DNA of 64,000 bases from Candidatus Thalassarchaeum betae (GTDB taxonomy: Archaea > Thermoplasmatota > Poseidoniia > Poseidoniales > Thalassarchaeaceae): the NCBI GenBank assembly GCA_003193925.1, contig PSPG01000007.1, forward strand, positions 13,612 to 77,611, read 5' to 3'. Shown piece by piece: positions 46,025-57,050 of this stretch (position 1 is the stretch's first letter; each line of letters begins with the position of its first letter). The notes beneath the pieces were generated by a model that saw only the letters and a program-made list of their open reading frames with translations, was not told the origin of the DNA and searched no databases. A program made the translations under genes and the position numbers.

Positions 46025-46546
46025 TTACCCATAGAGGTGCGAGAACTTGGCACGCACCTTCGCCAACTTCGGAGACACCACCATCTGACAGTACGGGTTC
46101 ATGGGATTATTTGAGAAATAATCGACGTGATAAGTTTCTGCCGGCCAGAACCTCTCCAGCGGCACTACCTCGGTGACGATGGGGTCGGTGTAGTGGTCCG
46201 AGTAATCCTCGATAACGGCTAATGCCTCCTCGCGTTGTTCTTGGTCGAAGTAGAGTATGATGCTCCTGTATTGGGGACCCACGTCATTCCCCTGTCTATT
46301 GAGTTGTGTACTATCATGGATGCAGAAGAACACATCGAATAATTGTCTGCGGGAGATCACCCCGGGGTCGTACGTGATCATCACGACCTCGGCGTGCCCG
46401 GTGCGCTTGTCGCAGACCTGCTCGTAAGTCGGGTTGTCGACGTGCCCACCGGAGTATCCCGGCACCGCCTCGCTGACTCCGCGGAGTCCCTTCAGCGCTC
46501 CCTCGACGCACCAGAAGCAGCCGCCGCCGAGAACGATGCTCTCCAT
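46025..46546 (-). CDS. msrA: Peptide-methionine (S)-S-oxide reductase
   Basis: GGCFWC, GYSGG, TGHAEVV, RQGNDVGPQYRS, AETYH, PYC. Confidence 0.96.
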   Translation of the reverse strand: MESIVLGGGCFWCVEGALKGLRGVSEAVPGYSGGHVDNPTYEQVCDKRTGHAEVVMITYDPGVISRRQLFDVFFCIHDSTQLNRQGNDVGPQYRSIILYFDQEQREEALAVIEDYSDHYTDPIVTEVVPLERFWPAETYHVDYFSNNPMNPYCQMVVSPKLAKVRAKFSHLYG

Positions 46547-46550
46547 CGCC

Positions 46551-48014
46551 TCACCTGCGGTAATTGGGCGCCTCGCGGGTGATCTCAATGTCGTGGACAT
46601 GGCTCTCGGAGAGGCCCGCGTTGGTGATTCGGACGAAGTTGCAGTTGACCTTCATCTCGGCGATGGAGCCGTTGCCGGTGTAGCCCATTGACGAGCGCAG
46701 CCCACCGATCATCTGGTAGAGGGCGTTCTCAACTGGCCCCCTCGCAGGCACCCTGCCCTCGATGCCCTCGGGGACGTACTTACGGGTGTCGTCCTGTTCG
46801 GACTGGAAGTATCTCTCGTGCGCTCCCTCGCTCATCGCACCCAGCGAGCCCATTCCCCGATAGACCTTGTACGAACGGCCCTGGTAGAGGATTATCTCGC
46901 CGGGCGACTCGTCGGTGCCTGCCAGCAGCGAGCCGGCCATCACTGAGTCGGCGCCAGCGGCGATTGCCTTGGCGATGTCGCCGCTGTACTTGATGCCGCC
47001 ATCGGCGATGACGGGGATGCCGTGCCGGCTGCAGACCTCCACGACGCTCTGGACGGCGGTCAACTGCGGCACGCCGACCCCGGAGACTATCCTGGTCGTA
47101 CAGATAGAGCCCGGCCCTATGCCGACCTTCACCGCGTCTGCACCGGCCTCGATGAGCATCTCGGCGGCCTCCCCGGTGGCGATGTTGCCGGCGATGATCT
47201 GAGCGTCCTCGGGAGCCTGCTCTCGAATCGCCCTGACCGCGTCGATGACGCCGTGCGAGTGGCCGTGGGCGGTGTCGATTACCACGGCGTCAGCGTCGGC
47301 CTCGTACAGCGCCAGCGCACGCGCCACGCCCTTGTCGCCGGTGCCGGTGGCGGCTGCGACCCGCAATCGGCCCCGAGAGTCCTTGCAGGACTTCGGATTA
47401 TCGCGACTGCGCTGGATGTCCAGAACCGTCATCATCCCGGCGCAGCCACCGTCATCGTCCACGACGATGAGCCTCTCGATGCGGTGCTGGTGCAGGAGCT
47501 TCTTGGCGAGTTCCGGGTCGACGTGCTCGGGGACGGTGACAACCTCAGTGGTCATCATCGTGGAGACCTTGACCGAGTCGTCGGAGACGAACCTGATGTC
47601 GCGGTTGGTGATGATGCCGGCCAGAGTGCCTGAGTCGTCCACCACCGGGAAGCCGGAGAAGCCGTGCTGGGACTTGACAGCCCTGAGCTCACCGATGGTG
47701 CTGTCGGGTGAGATGCTGACCGGGTCTAGGACGAGCCCGGATTCGAATCTCTTGACGCGGTAGACCTCGGCGGCCTGCGCCTCCGCGCTCATGTTGCGGT
47801 GGATCACGCCGATGCCGCCGGCCTGTGCCATGGCGATGGCCATGCCGCTCTCTGTGACGGTGTCCATCGCCGCTGAGACCAACGGGATGTTGAGCGAGAT
47901 GGAATTGGTCAGGCGCGTGCCGGTGTCTACCTCTGCGGGGAGGACCGCCGATTCGGCTGGGAGCAGGAGGACGTCGTCAAAGGTCAGTGCCTCGGGTATG
48001 CCGTCTTGCGCCAT
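46551..48014 (-). CDS. guaB: IMP dehydrogenase with CBS pair
   Basis: [48 protein letters not shown]. Confidence 0.97.
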   Translation of the reverse strand: MAQDGIPEALTFDDVLLLPAESAVLPAEVDTGTRLTNSISLNIPLVSAAMDTVTESGMAIAMAQAGGIGVIHRNMSAEAQAAEVYRVKRFESGLVLDPVSISPDSTIGELRAVKSQHGFSGFPVVDDSGTLAGIITNRDIRFVSDDSVKVSTMMTTEVVTVPEHVDPELAKKLLHQHRIERLIVVDDDGGCAGMMTVLDIQRSRDNPKSCKDSRGRLRVAAATGTGDKGVARALALYEADADAVVIDTAHGHSHGVIDAVRAIREQAPEDAQIIAGNIATGEAAEMLIEAGADAVKVGIGPGSICTTRIVSGVGVPQLTAVQSVVEVCSRHGIPVIADGGIKYSGDIAKAIAAGADSVMAGSLLAGTDESPGEIILYQGRSYKVYRGMGSLGAMSEGAHERYFQSEQDDTRKYVPEGIEGRVPARGPVENALYQMIGGLRSSMGYTGNGSIAEMKVNCNFVRITNAGLSESHVHDIEITREAPNYRR

Positions 48015-48208
48015 TAGGTATGGCCTATGGCAACTCTACTTGAACGATTCTGCCACAGTGCCTGAATGTGCTGTTCGAGAGCTCGGATTGGTCGGAATCG
48101 CTGCGGAAATATCGCTTCGCAGGAGCGCCCCTCCACGAGCAATTTCCCGTAGTCCCGCCGTCGACTTCAAGAACCCCTTATGGCCGCGCCCGGCCAAGAG
48201 AGATTGTC

Positions 48209-48652
48209 ATGTACGAGCTCGCAATGATAGGCTGGCGCGAGTGGGTCGGGATACCCGAGCTCGAGGACGAGCCGCTGCTCGCCAAGATGGACACCGGAGC
48301 GTGGTCGAACACCCTCCACGCGAGTGACATCGAGGTCGTCGAGTCGGACATCGAGACCCGTGTCAGGTTCCGCCTCTCGAAGGACGGCGATTGGGTCGAG
48401 CGGCCGCTCGCCGACTGGCGTCGCGTGCGCGATACCGGGGGCCACGACACCATGCGCCCGGTCATCCGCACCACCCTCGAGATCGCAGGCATGGACTACG
48501 ACATCGAGCTCTGCCTGAAGGATCGCTCGCTGATGCGCCACAGGTTCATCCTTGGCAGGAAGTTCCTGCGCCACGGCTTCTGCGTCCACCCGGGGCGGCA
48601 GTGCATCCACTCTAGCGCGCGCTCGTTGCCCAGGATAGTCATGCAACTCTGA
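48209..48652 (+). CDS. RimB-like retropepsin-type (putative 'ATP-dependent Zn') protease
   Basis: [33 protein letters not shown]. Confidence 0.85.
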   Translation: MYELAMIGWREWVGIPELEDEPLLAKMDTGAWSNTLHASDIEVVESDIETRVRFRLSKDGDWVERPLADWRRVRDTGGHDTMRPVIRTTLEIAGMDYDIELCLKDRSLMRHRFILGRKFLRHGFCVHPGRQCIHSSARSLPRIVMQL

Positions 48653-48703
48653 GCCCCGCTGGCGAGTGCTGAAATGCTCTTGCGAGTACGGCTGAGCGTG
48701 ACG

Positions 48704-49363
48704 ATGGATGGCAGGGAGTCTGCTTACAGCCTGGTCAGCGAGCCTTCGCCGTGGTGGCTGCGTGGCCTTGCCATCATCATGGCTCTCCTAGTCATAATGA
48801 TGGCGTTGGGGGCTCTCTCAGGCATCCTCACTCCCATGCTCATCGATAGGTATCTTCCCGATGACTGGGAGGAGATCGAGCCCTACCCCGAGGACGGGAC
48901 GGAGGAGGATATCGCCAACTGGACTGAGGACAAGAAATTCTGGGACGAGTTGGTTGATTACATGGACGGCATGATGGGGGTGTTGGAGTTCTCCGCCTTG
49001 TACAGCGGGTTGCTCGTGATTCTGGGGCTGTTCTGCATCCCTGTTCTGTGGAAGGGCGATCGCGAGCTCGGAATCAAGCTGGTTGGAGCCTGGATAGGAA
49101 TCAACCTGCTAGGAGGAGTAGTGATGATGTGGATGGTGTCTAAGGTCGGCTTCTACCCGCAGCTCGACTTCGGACCGGAGGCTGGTGGAACTGAGATTCC
49201 TGAGGCCATCAACACGCTCAGCGCGATTGCGAGCGGCGCTCAGATTGTCATCTGCAACGGAATCCTGCTCGCTATCCTCGTCCTCGTCGCGAGTAAGTCC
49301 AAGCCCGAGACATCCTTCGACATTCCCTCTGGATTCCGTCCGAGCGAGCCTCCCCAATCTTGA
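48704..49363 (+). CDS. Hypothetical 4-TM membrane protein
   Basis: Four hydrophobic segments with an acidic loop. Confidence 0.72.
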   Translation: MDGRESAYSLVSEPSPWWLRGLAIIMALLVIMMALGALSGILTPMLIDRYLPDDWEEIEPYPEDGTEEDIANWTEDKKFWDELVDYMDGMMGVLEFSALYSGLLVILGLFCIPVLWKGDRELGIKLVGAWIGINLLGGVVMMWMVSKVGFYPQLDFGPEAGGTEIPEAINTLSAIASGAQIVICNGILLAILVLVASKSKPETSFDIPSGFRPSEPPQS

Positions 49364-49389
49364 AGCATCTATCACTGCGTGGTAGGAGC

Positions 49390-49725
49390 ATGGAACCGAT
49401 GGTACAAGGCATACTAGTGGTGAATACGGAAACGATACCGGGCATGATGATCACCGAGACTCTCGGCGTGGTCAGCGGCTCGACGGTGAGAGCGAAGAAC
49501 GTCTTTAGAGACTTCACACAGGGACTCAGGAACGTCGTGGGCGGCGAGCTCGTGAAGTACACCGAGTTGCTCGAGGAGTCGCGCAATGAGGCAATCGGTC
49601 GGATGGTGTCAGATGCGACGTCCAGAGGTGCGACAGCGATAGTCAACGTCAGGTTCGCGACCTCCGCTGTAACGGCGGGTGCTGCTGAGCTATTCGCCTA
49701 CGGAACCGCCGTGAAGGCAGAGTGA
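49390..49725 (+). CDS. YbjQ family protein
   Basis: LGVVSGSTVRAKN, GGELVKYTELL, ELFAYGTAVK. Confidence 0.88.
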   Translation: MEPMVQGILVVNTETIPGMMITETLGVVSGSTVRAKNVFRDFTQGLRNVVGGELVKYTELLEESRNEAIGRMVSDATSRGATAIVNVRFATSAVTAGAAELFAYGTAVKAE

Positions 49726-50378
49726 GAGCCGAGGTGATTCAGGTGATCGATAGCGACGCTCCCAGACGGAGGGTGCTGGCCATCACAGCGCTGCTCTTGG
49801 TGGTAGGCTTCGCTGGCGTGGTCTCCGCCGCAGAACATGGGGGCGGTGGTGAAAGTGGATTGGAATGGCTTCTTTGGGGCCCCTTGATTCTGTTTGGTAT
49901 TATTATCACGATTATTGGCATCGTCTGGGTGGTCGGCTACCCGATTTTGCTCGCCTGGGCAGTTCTGTTCAGCGGCAAGAAGCTGGATGACCAGATTGCC
50001 GACACTGTGCAGAGGGAGGGGCAGACGCTCGCTACTCTGGGAAGAGACCCTCTGACAACCATAGACGGCGGCTATCGCACGGACATCACATCGTGCGGCA
50101 TCGTCTGGGCGGGTGTGGTCTACGGGCCCAGTCACTGGTTCCTATTGCGCGGGTTTCTGAACAATCTGATCGGCGGCTCGATAGACGTCTTCCAGAAGGT
50201 CGTCTCAGCCGGTAGAGCCGAGGCCATGCAGCGGCTGCGCGAGCAGGCGGTCACCCACGGCTATGACGATGTGATCAACGTACGCATAGACACTTCTAAC
50301 ATGGCGCCACAGGGAGCCAAGAGCTTGGTCAAGGCCGTCGAGATCTTCGCCTACGGCACCGGCGTCAAGTACGGCTAG
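49722..50378 (+). CDS. YbjQ family protein with N-terminal TM segments
   Basis: GRAEAMQRLREQA, VINVRIDTS, VEIFAYGTGVK. GTGA overlap with the upstream gene. Confidence 0.8.
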   Translation: MRAEVIQVIDSDAPRRRVLAITALLLVVGFAGVVSAAEHGGGGESGLEWLLWGPLILFGIIITIIGIVWVVGYPILLAWAVLFSGKKLDDQIADTVQREGQTLATLGRDPLTTIDGGYRTDITSCGIVWAGVVYGPSHWFLLRGFLNNLIGGSIDVFQKVVSAGRAEAMQRLREQAVTHGYDDVINVRIDTSNMAPQGAKSLVKAVEIFAYGTGVKYG

Positions 50379-51856
50379 GACTCGTCGTAGATCGGCGTCT
50401 CGTCGAGGTACATCGCCAGATCGAACAGCCACCAAGTGATCAGATCGAAGGATTCCACAAGGTTCTGCACCCCTGTGGCGTTGTCGGTCACCATCATGTC
50501 GATCATCGTGTCGAGCGTGTCGCAGGGTGCGTGGTAGCAGTCAGAGCCTCCTGTCAGGGAGCCGAAGTCCATCGATACCACACCGAGCTGGTCAGCTACC
50601 CTCTCGTAATCGCTCCTGCCCCTTTGCGACTCGTGCACCGATATCGAGAGCCTCTTCTGGTCGCTGGAGTCCACGTCCTTCATCGAGGCGTAGCCCTCGG
50701 TGTTGTAGATCTCCCTGCCTAGGCGCAGAGCCTCGGCGATGTCATTGTTGTTCGAGCCGACCCACTCGGTCAGCCTGATCATGGGCCACTGCTCGTTGAT
50801 CTGGTTGTCAGTCTCAGGTATGATATCGACTACGAGGGTGTAGTAACCCGGCCAGTTGGTACCGACTGCGTCCGCGTTGAGGTAGTTCGACAGGGTGACT
50901 CCCGACGGGATGTTCTCTATCCATCTGTCGACGCCGTCGTAGCCGTTCTCCTCGTTGGACCAGAAGCACACGACGAGGGTCCTGCGGTGGTCGAACTGCG
51001 CGAGGCCCCTGGCTGCCTCGAGTACCAGAGCCACGCCAGCGCCGTTGTCGTGCGCTCCGATGTGGGTTCCGCCGCCCGGCGGGCTTCCCGCCTCGGCGAT
51101 GTCGAGGTGCGCGCCGAGGACTAGCCACTCGTCGGGGACCATTGTTCCCTCCTTGTAGCCGCAGACATTGACCGCGTAGGAGAAGTCGGAGATCCAGTAA
51201 CGGTGGATTTGCGTGTCGTAGCCCATCCCCTGCAGCTCGCCCTGCATGAAATTCACGGCCCTGATGTACGTCGGATCGTACAGCGTGAACGGGCCCCAGC
51301 GCTCGTTGTACCCCGAGTCGAGATCGGTGAAGACCTCCATCCACTCGTAGATGCTCAGCCCGTCGATGATGCCGGTGCTGTGCAGAGCCCCCTCCTCAAC
51401 CGTGTAGCCCGACTCGTTCTCCCTCAGCACCGGGTGCTCGAGGTAGGGGTACGCCGAGTCATCGAACTCGCTCGAGTTGAACCACTCGGACCAACTCTGG
51501 TTGGTCGCTCGCAGCGGCCAGCCATCGCGGCCGAGCTCGCCGAGCAGGAAGTGTGCCGAAGCCAGATTCGACGGCGCCAGCATCTCGATGGTGGTCGTTC
51601 CCGCCCCATCGAAGTCGAGCGTCGTCCCGTTGACGACGTATCCCGATTCGGCGTCGATGACGAGGTAGGGGACATGGACGCTCATAGAGCTGGAAGAGCT
51701 GAACTCGACTGACTGGAAGTGCGCGCCCAGCAGCACCTCGGGAGATATGCTGAGGTCCTCGGAGCGTATCGAGGATTCCTCCTCGAAGGAGTAGCATCCG
51801 GAAAGGGAAGTGGCTAGGATGACGAGGGCGATGCAGAGCGCTGCGATACGAGGCAT
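50375..51856 (-). CDS. M28 family metallopeptidase, lipoprotein
   Basis: Lipobox LSGC, LGAHLD, GAHDNGAG, NEENG, YHAPCDT. Confidence 0.88.
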   Translation of the reverse strand: MPRIAALCIALVILATSLSGCYSFEEESSIRSEDLSISPEVLLGAHFQSVEFSSSSSMSVHVPYLVIDAESGYVVNGTTLDFDGAGTTTIEMLAPSNLASAHFLLGELGRDGWPLRATNQSWSEWFNSSEFDDSAYPYLEHPVLRENESGYTVEEGALHSTGIIDGLSIYEWMEVFTDLDSGYNERWGPFTLYDPTYIRAVNFMQGELQGMGYDTQIHRYWISDFSYAVNVCGYKEGTMVPDEWLVLGAHLDIAEAGSPPGGGTHIGAHDNGAGVALVLEAARGLAQFDHRRTLVVCFWSNEENGYDGVDRWIENIPSGVTLSNYLNADAVGTNWPGYYTLVVDIIPETDNQINEQWPMIRLTEWVGSNNNDIAEALRLGREIYNTEGYASMKDVDSSDQKRLSISVHESQRGRSDYERVADQLGVVSMDFGSLTGGSDCYHAPCDTLDTMIDMMVTDNATGVQNLVESFDLITWWLFDLAMYLDETPIYDES

Positions 51857-51981
51857 CGTCTGCGGATTGGCGCTGGCTGTATATCAGTTGAGTCGGACAG
51901 GGCAGTTTCAAGACCGAATGTCCCTACGCGAGCCTGCCCTGACACCGCCCCTCTGGGGGGTGCGGAGTCGGAGGTGAGGAC

Positions 51982-52998
51982 ATGCAGAGCCCGATAACGC
52001 GCATAGAGCCGAAGATAGCGGCGCGTCTGTCCAAGCAGAAGTACCAGCTCGTCGGTGAGCACGGTGGCGTCAAGGTCTGCCACTGGACCAAGCAGAGCCT
52101 GATCAACGACCGCTCGTGCTACAAGGGCACCTTCTACGGCATCGAGAGCCATGGCTGCATGCAGATGGCTCCCAACGTGGATACCTGCAACCTCGCCTGC
52201 ACATACTGCTGGAGGGAGCCTCACTCGGACACGCTGCACAAGATCGACGACGACCCGTACGAGCTGTTCCTCGAATCGGTCCGCGGCCACCGTCGCCTCC
52301 TAACTGGATACGGAGGCAATCCGAAGGCCGACCCCGAGAAGTTTCGCGAGGCGCAGAACCCCAAGCACGTGGCCATCTCACTCAACGGCGAACCGACGCT
52401 CTACTCTCGTCTCGGGGAGTTCCTCGATATCTGCCACCAGCACGGAGTCTCGACCTTCCTCGTCACCAACGGCAGCCTGCCCAAGGTCATCGAGAGACTC
52501 GACCCTCTGCCCACTCAACTCTACGTCAGCGTGGATGCGCCCAACAAGGAGATCTTCGACCGGCTTTGCAAACCGAAGTTCGACAAGGCCGCGTTCCACA
52601 AACTGGAGCAGACTCTGGAACTGCTACCGAGCCTCGACACCCGCACCGTGTGCCGCCACACACTGATCAAGGGTGAATCGCTGGGCCACCACGAGGACTA
52701 CGCGCGCCTCGACAACATCGCCGACCCGGATTTCATCGAGGCCAAGGGGTACGTGTACGTCGGCAACAGCCGCAACAACCTGGTCATCGAGAACATGCCC
52801 AGCCATCAGGATGTTCTCGACTTCTCGCACCGCCTAGCGCCACTCATCGGCCGAGAGGTGCTCTCTGACCGCAGGGAGAGTCGAGTTGCACTGATTGGTA
52901 AGGAGATGATCCCGATTACCCTGCCAGAGAAGGTGCGCGAGCTGCCGAGGGACCTCGGCATCGCCAAGCCGCAGCGATATGTGCTGCCTCAGGCCTGA
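51982..52998 (+). CDS. taw1: 4-demethylwyosine synthase Taw1/TYW1 (radical SAM)
   Basis: VKVCHWTK, CYKGTFYGIESHGC, CNLACTYCWR, ISLNGEPTLY, FLVTNG, PTQLYVS. Confidence 0.95.
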   Translation: MQSPITRIEPKIAARLSKQKYQLVGEHGGVKVCHWTKQSLINDRSCYKGTFYGIESHGCMQMAPNVDTCNLACTYCWREPHSDTLHKIDDDPYELFLESVRGHRRLLTGYGGNPKADPEKFREAQNPKHVAISLNGEPTLYSRLGEFLDICHQHGVSTFLVTNGSLPKVIERLDPLPTQLYVSVDAPNKEIFDRLCKPKFDKAAFHKLEQTLELLPSLDTRTVCRHTLIKGESLGHHEDYARLDNIADPDFIEAKGYVYVGNSRNNLVIENMPSHQDVLDFSHRLAPLIGREVLSDRRESRVALIGKEMIPITLPEKVRELPRDLGIAKPQRYVLPQA

Positions 52999-53991
52999 TC
53001 ATTGCTTGGGCCGCGACGAGCCGCAATCCGGACAGCGGTTCGAATCATCATCGGCGTACTCGTGACCGCAGGCCGGGCAATTCTCCACGTAGGCCCGGTC
53101 TGAACCAGCTGCTGCTGTGGCTGCCGCGTCCTCTGATTGCAGAACTATCCGACCCGGCTCCAATTCGCCCACCGTGTAGCGCCCGGGCCCGCCGAGCTCT
53201 AGGAGGATGTCTGGCGGGAAGCTGACTGTCCCGAGTTCGTCTACCAACAATTCACGGCTCTGGCTGAGGGCATCAAACTCCACTCCCTCGCCATGCTGAG
53301 CGACGAAGCGGCCGTCGCGCAATTCGAGTGAGCGATCAGCGAAATCACCTACATCTCGACTGTGTGTGACCATCAGGAAGGCTACATCCTCCTCCTCGTG
53401 CAACTCGCGGAACAACTCGAGCACGCTTTGTGAAGTGAACGGATCCAGAGATCCGGTGGGCTCGTCAGCGAGTATCAGGCGTGGCTTCGTTATCAGCGCC
53501 CTCGCGATAGCGACACGTTGCTGCTCACCACCCGACAAGTGTTCGGGCAGCGCCTTCATTCGCGGAACCATCCCGAGCCTGTCGAGAACAGCGATGGCTC
53601 GCCTCTTCGCCTCGGGAGCAGGCACACCGGCATGACGCAGTGGATGCATCACATTGTCCAAGCCTGAGAGGTGTGGCAGTAGGTTTCCCTCTTGGAAGAT
53701 GAACGAGACTGTCGAGCGACGATGCTCGACCAAATCGCTGCCTTCCAACTTCGTCAGATCGGTTCCACCGAGGAACACCCGCCCGGCGGTGGGAGTCATG
53801 AGCCCACCGAGGGATTTGAGCAGGGTCGACTTGCCTGAACCGGAAGGTCCGACGACTGCCACGGCCTCACCTTGGCCAACCTCGATGGATAGTCCGCGCA
53901 GAGCCACGACATTGCCTTCCTCCGACTTCGATTCATAGACGTGGTACAGCGAATTGGCTTCGAGAATCGGAGTCGGGTTGACCATCTTCAC
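52999..53991 (-). CDS. ABC ATP-binding protein (LolD/MacB-like) with C-terminal extension and Zn ribbon
   Basis: GPSGSGKST, LSGGEQQR, ILADEPTG. Tail has CPAC...CPDC. Confidence 0.92.
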   Translation of the reverse strand: MKMVNPTPILEANSLYHVYESKSEEGNVVALRGLSIEVGQGEAVAVVGPSGSGKSTLLKSLGGLMTPTAGRVFLGGTDLTKLEGSDLVEHRRSTVSFIFQEGNLLPHLSGLDNVMHPLRHAGVPAPEAKRRAIAVLDRLGMVPRMKALPEHLSGGEQQRVAIARALITKPRLILADEPTGSLDPFTSQSVLELFRELHEEEDVAFLMVTHSRDVGDFADRSLELRDGRFVAQHGEGVEFDALSQSRELLVDELGTVSFPPDILLELGGPGRYTVGELEPGRIVLQSEDAAATAAAGSDRAYVENCPACGHEYADDDSNRCPDCGSSRPKQ

Positions 53992-56900
53992 TCCCCCTTC
54001 AGGACCGTTGCCAGATCCGCGCCTATCGCCTTACGAGTAGTTATCACGAGAGCCACCAGAACCGCCAGCAGCAGGATTCCCCCGACTTGCAGCAATTCTG
54101 CGAACGGCCAGACCAGATCCCGATTGATCAGGCTGGTCGAGCCTCCAAAGACTTGGAAGATGAGCCCGAAGAGATTGAACAAGCCATTGAACGAGTATGA
54201 GATTCCGATACCGAGAAGCCCTCCGAGAGCCATGCTGACGATTGTAATCGATAGAATCTCGAAGAGCACTAGCCGCATCACCTGAGATGGGCTCGCGCCA
54301 ATGGCCTGCAGGATGCTGAGCTCCTTGCGGCGCTGGCTGAGAACCAGACTCAGGAAGACGAATGACGAAGCGACTGCAGCCAGCGCTGAGACGACGAATT
54401 GCAGGCTCAGCAGGCCGGGTGTTCCATAGATTAGCCCACCATTCTTCTCGACGTCTCGGTGGGCTGAGGACCAATCCTGAACGCTGGCCACCGAACTATC
54501 GGTCGAAAGTTGGACAGAGAGGTCGCGCAGGTGCTCGCCATCGTCGTCGTAAGCGTTCTGTCCGAGGTCGAAGAACCAGATTGTCGAGAGAATCTGATTG
54601 TCCGCAGGGACGAGCGGTCCCGCCCATGCTCGAGCGGTCTCTTCGCCGATCAGAATCGCATTTTCCGCTCCGGACAGATCCATTCCGGGAACCCAATTGT
54701 GGTTGCCGACGTCCTCGAGGGTCATATTGGTGGTCTCACCGGAGAAGAAATTTTCCAAAGCAAATGAGTATGAGTTTCCGGTGCTGACATCGAGTGACCA
54801 TCTAGCTTCATCGCCATGGGTGAATGTGCCGATCCTCCTCAGATCCGCCTTGGCCGCGTTCAGGTCATCACCCGGCAGAGCCTGTGCTGTCCAATACAGC
54901 ATGTCCAGTGCTTCATCTGTAACAATCCAGACAGGGGCGCCTACGAATTCATCGTCTGTCAAAGTGGCATAGTATTGCAGGACCGTTGCTGCACTGACCG
55001 TTGCTGAATGAGAACTGTCTCCGGAATCCCATGCGGTTGTCACCATCGAGATGGCTTGGGATTCGAACACCGGTGATGCGAACACGACCTTGAGGTCGGC
55101 TCCGACTGCTTGGTCAGCCGTCTTCTCATCGACCGCCGTGCCAGTGTACCCCTGGACGGCTGCCATAGTCACGATGGAAAGAGTCAGTACGATAATGAGC
55201 GCCAATCGCCCGACTCCTTCGGCCGAGCCCGAACCCGAAAGGCCGCGTTTGACGTCCTTCAGAAGCGGAGTCTGGCCGAGTAAGTACTGCATCAGTTCAG
55301 GACCGCGCGAACCTAGACGGGAGAGCACGAGCGCCCCGCCGATCCACAAGAGGAATGGTCCGAATACTGCAAGCAGACCGTCGGCGAATGCATTGATGAT
55401 GATGCCTCCGCCGCTGTTGTAATCAGCGAACATCCTCCATTCCTCCATCACCGAATCGGTGAGGGCGATCAATCCGAGGCCGAATACAATCCAGTGCAGC
55501 CAATATCTCGGCTCCTTCTTCGCCGCGACATTGGCGACGCCCTCGCTGATCTCTGTCTCGAGGAAGGCCTTGGTACGCGCCCGCCCGAACAGCAGGGCGA
55601 TACCGACCGTAACCACCATGGTGCTGATCATCGCCTTGGTCGACAGCACCGGTGGGGGTCGCATGTCATCGAATCTGAATTCCATGAAGCCCGTCGCCGA
55701 GAGGACGAATGGGATCGCTGCGATCGCCAGCAGGTAACCCGCCAACCAGGCTGTCACCGAGAATACACCCATCTCGGCGAGGACCATCTTCGACAATCCG
55801 GCCGAAGAAGCTCCCATCACGCGATTGATGGCCACTTCTCGGCGGCGTTGCTCGAGGGAGAGGTGTAAACCGTAGATGAGTACTGCAAGGCTCAGGACGA
55901 TGATTGGGATCATGATGATGTAATCGAATCCCTGAACGAAGTAGAGTATGATGGTGAAGAAGCTGATGACCGAAGCCACCATGTCAACGGCACGCAGTTT
56001 CACGGTTTCCCCCGCGACCTCGTACTCACCTCCAATCTCTGACTGCCAGCCCCTCAGTTGGGACTCGGCCTCGGCGATGCTGCTCGTCGGCAGTGCGGAT
56101 CTGTCCATAGCGACTGCGAGATACGCGTGATCCCCAGCGATGATCTCCGACTTGTCATCCAGACTTATGAGATCCCAGGGCATGTAGACCGGCTGGTTGG
56201 AAATCAGTGGGCTGCTGAATGTCCTATCATCGTAGACAGCAGCCACTGTCAAATTCTCCAGAGTTATTGTGACTCGGCAATATTCGTGATCGTCGTTCTC
56301 CCTGTCGTTGAAGAGGTACTCGTAGACACCGATGGGATTGTCACCCTCGCATGGATCCGTTGTGTTCGCAGCATATGTGAAATTCAGTATAGTGAAGGTG
56401 TCTCCTACTTGCACCGACCCTGCTGCTGCGAGTGCCACGGGGATCACAACGCTGCGGTTGGTTACCGCCTCGGCGCCGGTCGAAGGCCATTCGCCTGAAA
56501 TGGTGCGGCTGGAATGTCGAGCATGCAATTCGCCATCGTATCCGCCATCACCGATGAGGCGAATCGGGCGGAAACCATTGGTGGGAGGTCCGTTCTCCCC
56601 CGATTCGGGAAACATGATGTCTACGTTTTCCCAATTACTGTCGGTGCCATTGATAGTCGTCAGTTGTAGAGGTTGAGCGTGGAATTGCCGATTTCCGAAG
56701 AAGCCAGCTCCGTATGTCGCTTGGCGGCCGGCGGCGATGGTGCAATCGAGTGCATCATCGATTTCCATTATCTGATCGCATAACGATTCCATCGCAATCG
56801 GATCGGTGATTCGCAAATTTGACAGCGAATGAAATTCGACGCGGTAATCGTACTCCTCGCCCTTTGTTCCCTCTTCTAGGAATGCGGACATCAGGCCCGA

Positions 56901-57050
56901 GCCGTATGCCAGCACGGTTGTGATAACTAGGCTTGCGAGAAAGACCCCGGAAAAGACAGCAGCCCCGCGTGCGCGCCCGCGCCAAGCGCTCAGCACAGCG
57001 ATTCTTGTCGCATCGGGCAAAGAAGCGATTCGGTCCTTGAAATCCATCAC
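53988..57050 (-). CDS. FtsX/MacB-like ABC permease (duplicated architecture, two large extracellular domains)
   Basis: EQRRREVAINRVMGAS and QRRKELSILQAIGAS motifs. About 10 TM segments. Confidence 0.9.
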   Translation of the reverse strand: MMDFKDRIASLPDATRIAVLSAWRGRARGAAVFSGVFLASLVITTVLAYGSGLMSAFLEEGTKGEEYDYRVEFHSLSNLRITDPIAMESLCDQIMEIDDALDCTIAAGRQATYGAGFFGNRQFHAQPLQLTTINGTDSNWENVDIMFPESGENGPPTNGFRPIRLIGDGGYDGELHARHSSRTISGEWPSTGAEAVTNRSVVIPVALAAAGSVQVGDTFTILNFTYAANTTDPCEGDNPIGVYEYLFNDRENDDHEYCRVTITLENLTVAAVYDDRTFSSPLISNQPVYMPWDLISLDDKSEIIAGDHAYLAVAMDRSALPTSSIAEAESQLRGWQSEIGGEYEVAGETVKLRAVDMVASVISFFTIILYFVQGFDYIIMIPIIVLSLAVLIYGLHLSLEQRRREVAINRVMGASSAGLSKMVLAEMGVFSVTAWLAGYLLAIAAIPFVLSATGFMEFRFDDMRPPPVLSTKAMISTMVVTVGIALLFGRARTKAFLETEISEGVANVAAKKEPRYWLHWIVFGLGLIALTDSVMEEWRMFADYNSGGGIIINAFADGLLAVFGPFLLWIGGALVLSRLGSRGPELMQYLLGQTPLLKDVKRGLSGSGSAEGVGRLALIIVLTLSIVTMAAVQGYTGTAVDEKTADQAVGADLKVVFASPVFESQAISMVTTAWDSGDSSHSATVSAATVLQYYATLTDDEFVGAPVWIVTDEALDMLYWTAQALPGDDLNAAKADLRRIGTFTHGDEARWSLDVSTGNSYSFALENFFSGETTNMTLEDVGNHNWVPGMDLSGAENAILIGEETARAWAGPLVPADNQILSTIWFFDLGQNAYDDDGEHLRDLSVQLSTDSSVASVQDWSSAHRDVEKNGGLIYGTPGLLSLQFVVSALAAVASSFVFLSLVLSQRRKELSILQAIGASPSQVMRLVLFEILSITIVSMALGGLLGIGISYSFNGLFNLFGLIFQVFGGSTSLINRDLVWPFAELLQVGGILLLAVLVALVITTRKAIGADLATVLKGE

